DNA of 64,000 bases from NCBI GenBank assembly GCA_013239625.1, contig MU053758.1:3411854-3475853 (forward strand), given 5' to 3'. Both the position numbers and the translations under genes were made by a program. Position 1 is the stretch's first letter, and each line of letters begins with the position of its first letter. Below are positions 57,553 to 64,000 of this stretch, piece after piece. Under the pieces are notes generated by a model, which did no database searches, was not told where the DNA came from, and saw nothing but the letters and a program-made list of their open reading frames with translations. Origin of the DNA: Lama guanicoe (Eukaryota).

Positions 57553-59380
57553 GGTATCAAGAGTTGGGCTGAGAGCTGGTTTGTTAAGAGGAGTTTCTGA
57601 GTTTTGGCTTCACCTTCTACATCTGGCCTTTTATAAGCCTTGACCAGCTATTATTTACATAATTCTTAAAGCCCCTTCCTTGTTTGTTTTAAAATAACTT
57701 GTCTCTGAATGGTCATTGGCCTATCCCTGAGTTACTTGTTCAACCTCTGAAAGCTTTTAAAAGTTAATTTTATTTGGCCTTCAATTAGGATTCTTCACCA
57801 TGGTCAAGTAGTCATTAGCGTTCACTGGTTATATAACCCCTAATTCCACATATTTGTTAAAATTTGCTCATTGCCCAAAGAATAATTAACTGAAGCCTCA
57901 CCTTTAAGGAGTGTCAATATGACTCAGTGTTGACCCTTGTAATTGAATTCTTGGGTCTCACATGACAGGTTAATTCCCACTAGCCAGAGCTGACTGCTGC
58001 TTTTCTCATCTTCACCTTGACTGTGAAGCTGGCCAGAAGGGGATGCTTTCCTTAGGGCTAGAAAATGTGGGTGAATTGCTACTGATGATGTTTTTGGAGT
58101 ACTTATTAAGTGTCCAAATGGTTCGGAGACTTTGCATGTATCAATTCATTTAATTTTCACAGCACTTCGATGGGGGAGGTACCACTGCTGTCCCATCATC
58201 AACAGGAGAAAACTGAGCCACAGATTAAAGTAATTTGTCCAAGTTCACACTAACAAGTGGTGAATCTGAAATTTGAACCCACGTCTTCTGACCTCAGACT
58301 AAACTCTTTTAACCAGATAGTCAGTTCCCTCTTTTCCATGTAAGCAGTTGTTTTAGGGAAAATCAACGGGTGAAAAACAAGATGTCACAATTTGCCCACT
58401 TTCTTAGAATTTTTTAGAGTGAAGGGAAGAAAGGCAGAGCTTAGGGTGAGTAATAACACCGGTGATTCAGTAGGGACTTCTCTGGAGACCTTGTTTTTTA
58501 AACTGCATATAAGCACACTTCAAGGAAATCTCAAGTGCTAAAAAATGTAACCTACTTAACTTGTGACTTCATCTGATCTTTGATCTCAGGATCTATAGAT
58601 TTGGATGTTCTTAACTGCATAAAAAGTATACTTTTTTTTTAGAAAGTACACTCTTAGTATATTAGTACTGGAGTATGTGATACTATCGTGCCTTAGAGCT
58701 TCAGTGTGTGGTTTATTCCAGACATTAGAGAGTAATTCAATTAACTGGAAAGTTTATATAAGCCCAGTGAGGCAACTGATGTGGGTGAGATTGAAGCTTT
58801 TGGCTAGGTACCATGAAAGGTGAACTAGCCTCCAGAGAGTATGGCCTCTTACAGGGAATGGAAGTCAAAATGCCACTTACAGGGTTTAAATCAGAACACC
58901 AAATGTTCATTGTGCCTCTCTGGAAATGACAGTTTTGAGTTTATGTCCTAACTCTTGCTGTGTCTGAATTAAGCATTTTCAAATCCCACATCGAATTTGG
59001 TATGTTTCTTTGTGAATATTTTGCTTCTTTTCCTTAAGCAACTCTACAACACAGATTCTTTGATTAGCTTTTTTTTTTTCCACCTTGGATGTTTGAAATG
59101 TGTAGCTTTGTCATTATTATGATCTCAGGGGCTATTTACTTCATAGTGAAATTCAGCAGTAATCATTGATACTAAAAAGATTTTTCTCCCCTTGCAAAAA
59201 GTTCCAGTGTTTGAGGAATTGAAATGCATGTTGATTAGGGCACTGGAGATAGTAGCACTGCGTATCCCATTTCCACTTCTGTGCGTTTCTGCTGTGGCGA
59301 CATCTCCCTCAGTGCAAAATTAAACTCAGTTTTCATGTTTCTGGTCTTTGGTTGCACTTAAAGAATTATTAATAGTAAGG

Positions 59381-59880
59381 TTTATTAGTCAGGATTTTCC
59401 AGAGAAACAGAAGTGATAGGATATATATGTATATACATATAGAGAAAGGGGTTTATTATGCAATTATGGAGGCTGAGAAGCCCTGTGACCTGCTGTCTAA
59501 AAGCTGAAGACCCAGGAAAACCAATGGTGTAGTTCTAGTACAAACTTGAAGGCCTGAGAACCTGGGGAGCCAATGGTGTGAGTTCTAATCCAAGTCCAGA
59601 GGCCCCAGAACCAGGGGTGTCATGCTCAAGAGCAAGAGGAGATGGATGTGCCAGCCTGAGCAAGAGAGAGAATTTGTCATTCCTCTGCTTTTGTGTTCTG
59701 CTCAGACCTCAGTGAATTGGACTGTGCCCACCCACATGCGTGAGGGTGATCTTTACTCAGTCCAAGGATTCAAATACTAGTCTCTTCCAGAAACTCCCTC
59801 ACCAACACACCCAGAAATGTTTTACCAGCCATCTGAGGACCCCTCAGCAGTCAAGCTGATACATAAGATTAACCATCACA
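59381..59880. mobile_element. Solo LTR, MLT2/ERVL-like
   Basis: tattagtcaggattttccagagaaacagaa...gaggctgagaag...acacccagaaat...cagtcaagctgatacataagattaaccatcaca matches my recall of the MLT2 consensus layout. Confidence 0.7.
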
Positions 59881-60985
59881 AGGTATGACACTTACATTTG
59901 AGGATTCTACTCCTCTGCCACAGAATGAAAGCTAATCTGAACATTTCCTTACCTCCTCTAAATAAATCAAGAGTAAAGTTTAACCAGAATCTCTCCTCCT
60001 ACCACTTAAATCCACTTCTTGATTAATTGTCACACAAATAGAGTAAGAAGTTATAATCATTTATGATGTTTCCCTATGTAGATTTTCTATCTTGGATATC
60101 TCTATCTGCAGTCTTCTTTGGAGAAAAAAAATGCCAATACTTTTCCATTTAAAATGTTCTCTTAACTACTGTATTTATTTTCTTTGGGTTTCATTACTTC
60201 ATTTAAGCAATGGGTGTGCAGACCATACCAGAACCATAAAATGTGTTTTTCTGTTATTCTTGAATGTTTGCCTTCTGTTCACAGACATTAATGTTTTGAG
60301 TTATTTTTCCTTAAGAGTTCAGGGTTCCAGTTTTCTAATTATGAGTTTAGGGGAATCTTCCAATTTCTTAAACTCCATTTTACCAGTTTTCTAATTCAGT
60401 TGCATCTGCCTCACTTAGATTCCTGAGAGATAAGACATAGTTGAAGTACCAATCAAATGACAGACCATTCCTACCCAGGGCTTCTGTGCTTCTGTTCTGG
60501 GCTCCCATCCTAGTGACAAAGGCTGGATAACTTCTAAACTTCAAGGACCTCATCTCATCCTCAACTTTTTATCCTAAGCCAACTAAAAAGATCCTTCTCT
60601 TCTCTCCTGAATGCCAATCAGCTCTTTTTGGTGCTTCTGAGCTGAACCCCTTCTAAGTAAAAGGTGCAAGCAATCTAAGTCTTCCCAACCTAATGGGAGA
60701 TGACAGAATGATATGAGTGGGTAGAGTGTTGACCAAGTTTTGGAGCTGTTGTGTGTGAATGTGTAGATTGTGCCCTGATGGGAGACTCTGTCCACTCAGA
60801 GGAAGGAAAATCTGTCTTTACACAAAGAGCTATAGTCTCAACTAGTGGTGTGTTCCTCTGCTGTGTCTACCCAAAGGTGGTGCCTTTGTCCAATTCTTGA
60901 AAGTCGTGCTAATGGAGACCCAACCCTTTGCTTAACGGTTTAAAAAGTTGAGGTGAAATTCACATAATATACAATAAACCATTTT

Positions 60986-61882
60986 TTAAACATTTTTTCT
61001 TGACTTATAGTCATTTTACAATGTTTTGTCAAATTCCAGTGTAGAGCACAATTTTTCAGTTATACATGAATATACATATATTCATTGTCACATTCTTTTT
61101 CACTGTGAGCTACCACAAGATCTTGTATATATTTCCCTGTGCTACACAGTATAATCTTGTTTATCTATTCTACATTTTGAAGTCCCAGTCTGTACCTTCC
61201 CACCTCCCCCGTCCCCTTGGCAACCACAAGTTTGTATTCTATGTCTATGAATCTGTTGCTGTTTTGTATTTATGTTCTTTTTTTTTTTTTTAGATTCCGC
61301 ATATGAGTGATCTCATATGGTATTTTTCTTTCTCTTTCTGGCTTACTTCACTTAGAATGACATTCTCCAGTGATATCCATCTTGCTGCAAATGGCGTTAT
61401 GTTGTCTTTTTTATGGCTGAATAGTATTCCATTGTATAAATTACCACATCTTCTTTATCTAGTCATCTGTTGATGGACATTTAGGCTGTTTCCATGTCTT
61501 GGCTATTGTAAATAGTGCTGCTATGAACATTGGGATGCAGGTGTCTTTTTGAAGTAGGGTTCCTTCTGGTTATATGGCCAGAAGCAGAATTATTGGGTCA
61601 TATGGTAAGTCTATTCCTAGTCTTTTGAGGAATCTCCACACTGTTTTCCATAGTGGCTGCACCAAACTGCATTCCCACCAGCAGTGCAGGAGGGTTCGCC
61701 TTTCTCCACAGCCTCTCCAGAATTTGTCATTTGTGGACTTTTAAATGATGGCCATTCTGACTGGTGCGAGGTGATACCTCATTGTAGTTTTGATTTGCAT
61801 TTCTCTGATAATTAGTGATATTGCTCATTTTTTCATATGCCTATTGATCATTTGTATTTCTTCATTGGAGAATTGCTTGTTC
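60986..61882 (-). mobile_element. Young 5'-truncated L1 inserted in an older L1 3' end (~60940-62040)
   Basis: Perfect 16-bp TSD tacaataaaccatttt at 60970-60985 and 61883-61898. Confidence 0.88.
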
Positions 61883-63458
61883 TACAATAAACCATTTTAA
61901 AGTCTACAATTGTGTGGCATTTAGTGCTCACTGTGTTGTGCAACTGCCATAACTCTCTCCAGTTTCACAACTTTTTCATCACCCCAGAAGAACAGCTAAT
62001 GACATTTAAGTAATCGTTCCCATTCTCCTCCATCTCTAGCCTTTGACTCACCACTTTGATTTTATGACCAAAGATTTCATCCAGAATGGAAATTCCCTTA
62101 TGTGTCTTTTGTTTAGTCCTTGCTTCATTCTAGAACTCTCTGTCTGGAGATCAGAAAAAGAATGAGGGTAGTGGATGCCAGCATCATGTTCATATAAAGC
62201 CATCCCTGCAACGGACATTTTATTTTTTTGTTCACGATACATGAGAGAATTGTGTAGTGAATAAGTCAATAATAATATAAGAACATCAGCTGAAATTCTC
62301 CTTCATCATTTTCCAAAGATTATTTTGAGGAAGAATAGTGTTAGTGGTTGACAGGATGTTACTTGGTATTAAGTGAGTAGAGAATTCCATGATTAAATCA
62401 GATTGGGAGTGATAGTTCTAGATAGTCCCTTTATTACAAGACTTCTCAGTCCCTATATTCTGATACGCTGTATAAACCTTCTATATGGTAATAATACATG
62501 CAACATTATTCAACCATTGAAAAATTTTCCCCTTTGGGAATCTGAAGGGTCTAATTGACAGTGTGTCACCTGTTTAGGAAATGATCTACTATCATATGCA
62601 TGGAAGAGATATTGCAAGAATGAAATTCAATTCTCTCGCTTTTCAGATTAGAATCAGGTACCTGGCAGGTAAAGAGACTTGCTCAAGAGTTCATGGATTG
62701 TTAGTTACAAAGTGAGGACTAGAGCTCAGGATGCCTTTAAATATTATGTTAATAACTATCTTTCCTATTTTGTATTACCCTTTTAATGCCCTTGATGATT
62801 GAAAGAATTGTCCACAGAATTATGTATGAATGAAATGAATGGGGTTCGCAATACCTCAAGAAGCTAAATGACATAAAAGTCCTTTCTGTAAAATTGGTCC
62901 TCTGGAACACCTAGCCCATCAGTTTGCATATGTGAGGACTTCAGGAAGTAGTTCCGAAATACTGATGCATTCTTTTAATCATATATTTTGGCTGCAGAAT
63001 ATTGGATCATTTAATGGCAAAACAAAGGAAAACCACCTTTTAAAGGCCATTATGAAAAGCGCAGTAATAAGGAAAAACCATACTGCCACATTTATTGAGA
63101 TTTTGAAAACTCCCAGTACCCCAATATCAATAGCAAATACCAAAGAAAAGATAGCTCCAACAATGACTTCATCACTGAAGAATGAAAAATTTTATTAAAT
63201 CCACAACCCAATGAGCTGTTGAAACATTTCAGATGATATCTATAGAGAAGTATTACACATCCCTTTTCACATTGTAGGACTTCTGTTGCTATCCAGGTTT
63301 ATGAAATATTTTATAAATTTCCATCTTAGGGAATTTACATAGCCATGTGACATGAGGTTGCAAGCTGGGTTATGGGTATTAGAGCTCAGAAGTTTGTTGG
63401 GACTCTACATTGGCTAATTTTTCAGTGCCACTTTCTCAGAATTCCCATCAGAAGGTTT

Positions 63459-64000
63459 TCAACAGGTGGGCTCACAGCTGGTGGGCTCACAGCATGTGGG
63501 CCCACAGCAGCGGCAACAGCAGGCTGGGCGGCAGCAGGACTGTCCACAGTAGGATGGGCGGCAGCAGGAGGCCTGGGCGAAGTACAGCTGGCAGCAGGTT
63601 GGTGGGGTGCAGCTCACCACACAGCAGGGAGGCAGGCAGGTGCCCTCCATGTGGCAGTCAGGGTGGCACCACCTGGTGCGGCAGCTCAGAGCTCTGCTGT
63701 CACCTTCCTGGACACAGCCTGTGGTACCACTGATGCCACAGCCTTTCTCGCAGCCACTGGTCTGGCAGCAGCTGGTCTGGCAGCAAGTTGGCTGGGAGCA
63801 GCTGGTCTGGCAGCAGCTGGTCTGGGAGCAGGTTGGCTGGGAGCAGGTTGGCTGGCAGCAGCTGGTCTGGCAGCAGGTTGTCTGGGAGCAGCTAGTCTGG
63901 CAGCAGGTTGTCTGGGAGCAGCTTGTCTGGCAGCAGGTTGGCTAGGAGCAGCTGGTCAGGCAGCAGCTGGTCCTGGAGCAGGTTGGCTGGGAGCAGCTGG
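63459..64000 (-). pseudogene. KRTAP1: KAP1-family gene (copy D), 5' end outside window, long repeat region with in-frame TAG; probable pseudogene or null allele
   Basis: Frame anchored on the TGA at 63461-63459 reads ...SCSQPTCSRTSCCLTSCS*PTCCQTS...GCEKGCGISGTTGCVQEGDSRALSCRTRWCHPDCHMEGTCLPP; codon 63944-63942 is TAG where the repeat has CAG. Confidence 0.7.

Noticed and set aside
48756..63945. Antisense and alternative-frame ORFs over the KRTAP1 (and KRTAP3) genes, e.g. QQLVWQQVGW repeats
   Set aside because: By-products of GC-rich repetitive Cys codons lacking stops in other frames; no independent promoter or poly(A) evidence.
63760..64000. Regular 15-bp repeats superficially like a CRISPR-type array
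   Set aside because: No unique spacers; these are KAP1 pentapeptide coding repeats in eukaryotic DNA.

Overview
Mammalian genomic DNA from the type I keratin / keratin-associated protein (KRTAP) cluster. It is probably a camelid: there is a Vic-1-like tRNA-derived SINE at ~40.35-40.44 kb and I saw no ruminant Bov-A/BovB elements. All genes lie on the minus strand. They are: a complete 7-exon KRT40 (431 aa, GC-AG sixth intron); four single-exon KRTAP3 genes (KRTAP3-3 and KRTAP3-2 with identical CDS, an intact KRTAP3-4-like gene, and KRTAP3-1); and four KRTAP1-family genes, three intact and a fourth that runs off the window end and carries an in-frame TAG. Roughly a third of the window is LINE-1, including six TSD-flanked insertions of one younger L1 family. 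MIR, L2, LTR relics and microsatellites are also present. I found no novel biological system. The most notable observations are CDS-limited and mosaic gene conversion among KRTAPs, a probable KRTAP1 pseudogene or null allele, a KRTAP1 missing two conserved Arg codons, the GC donor in KRT40, a ~60-bp TSD-flanked micro-retrocopy, and an internal L1 inversion. Paralog numbers and repeat family names come from recall of gene order and consensus sequences, not from searches.
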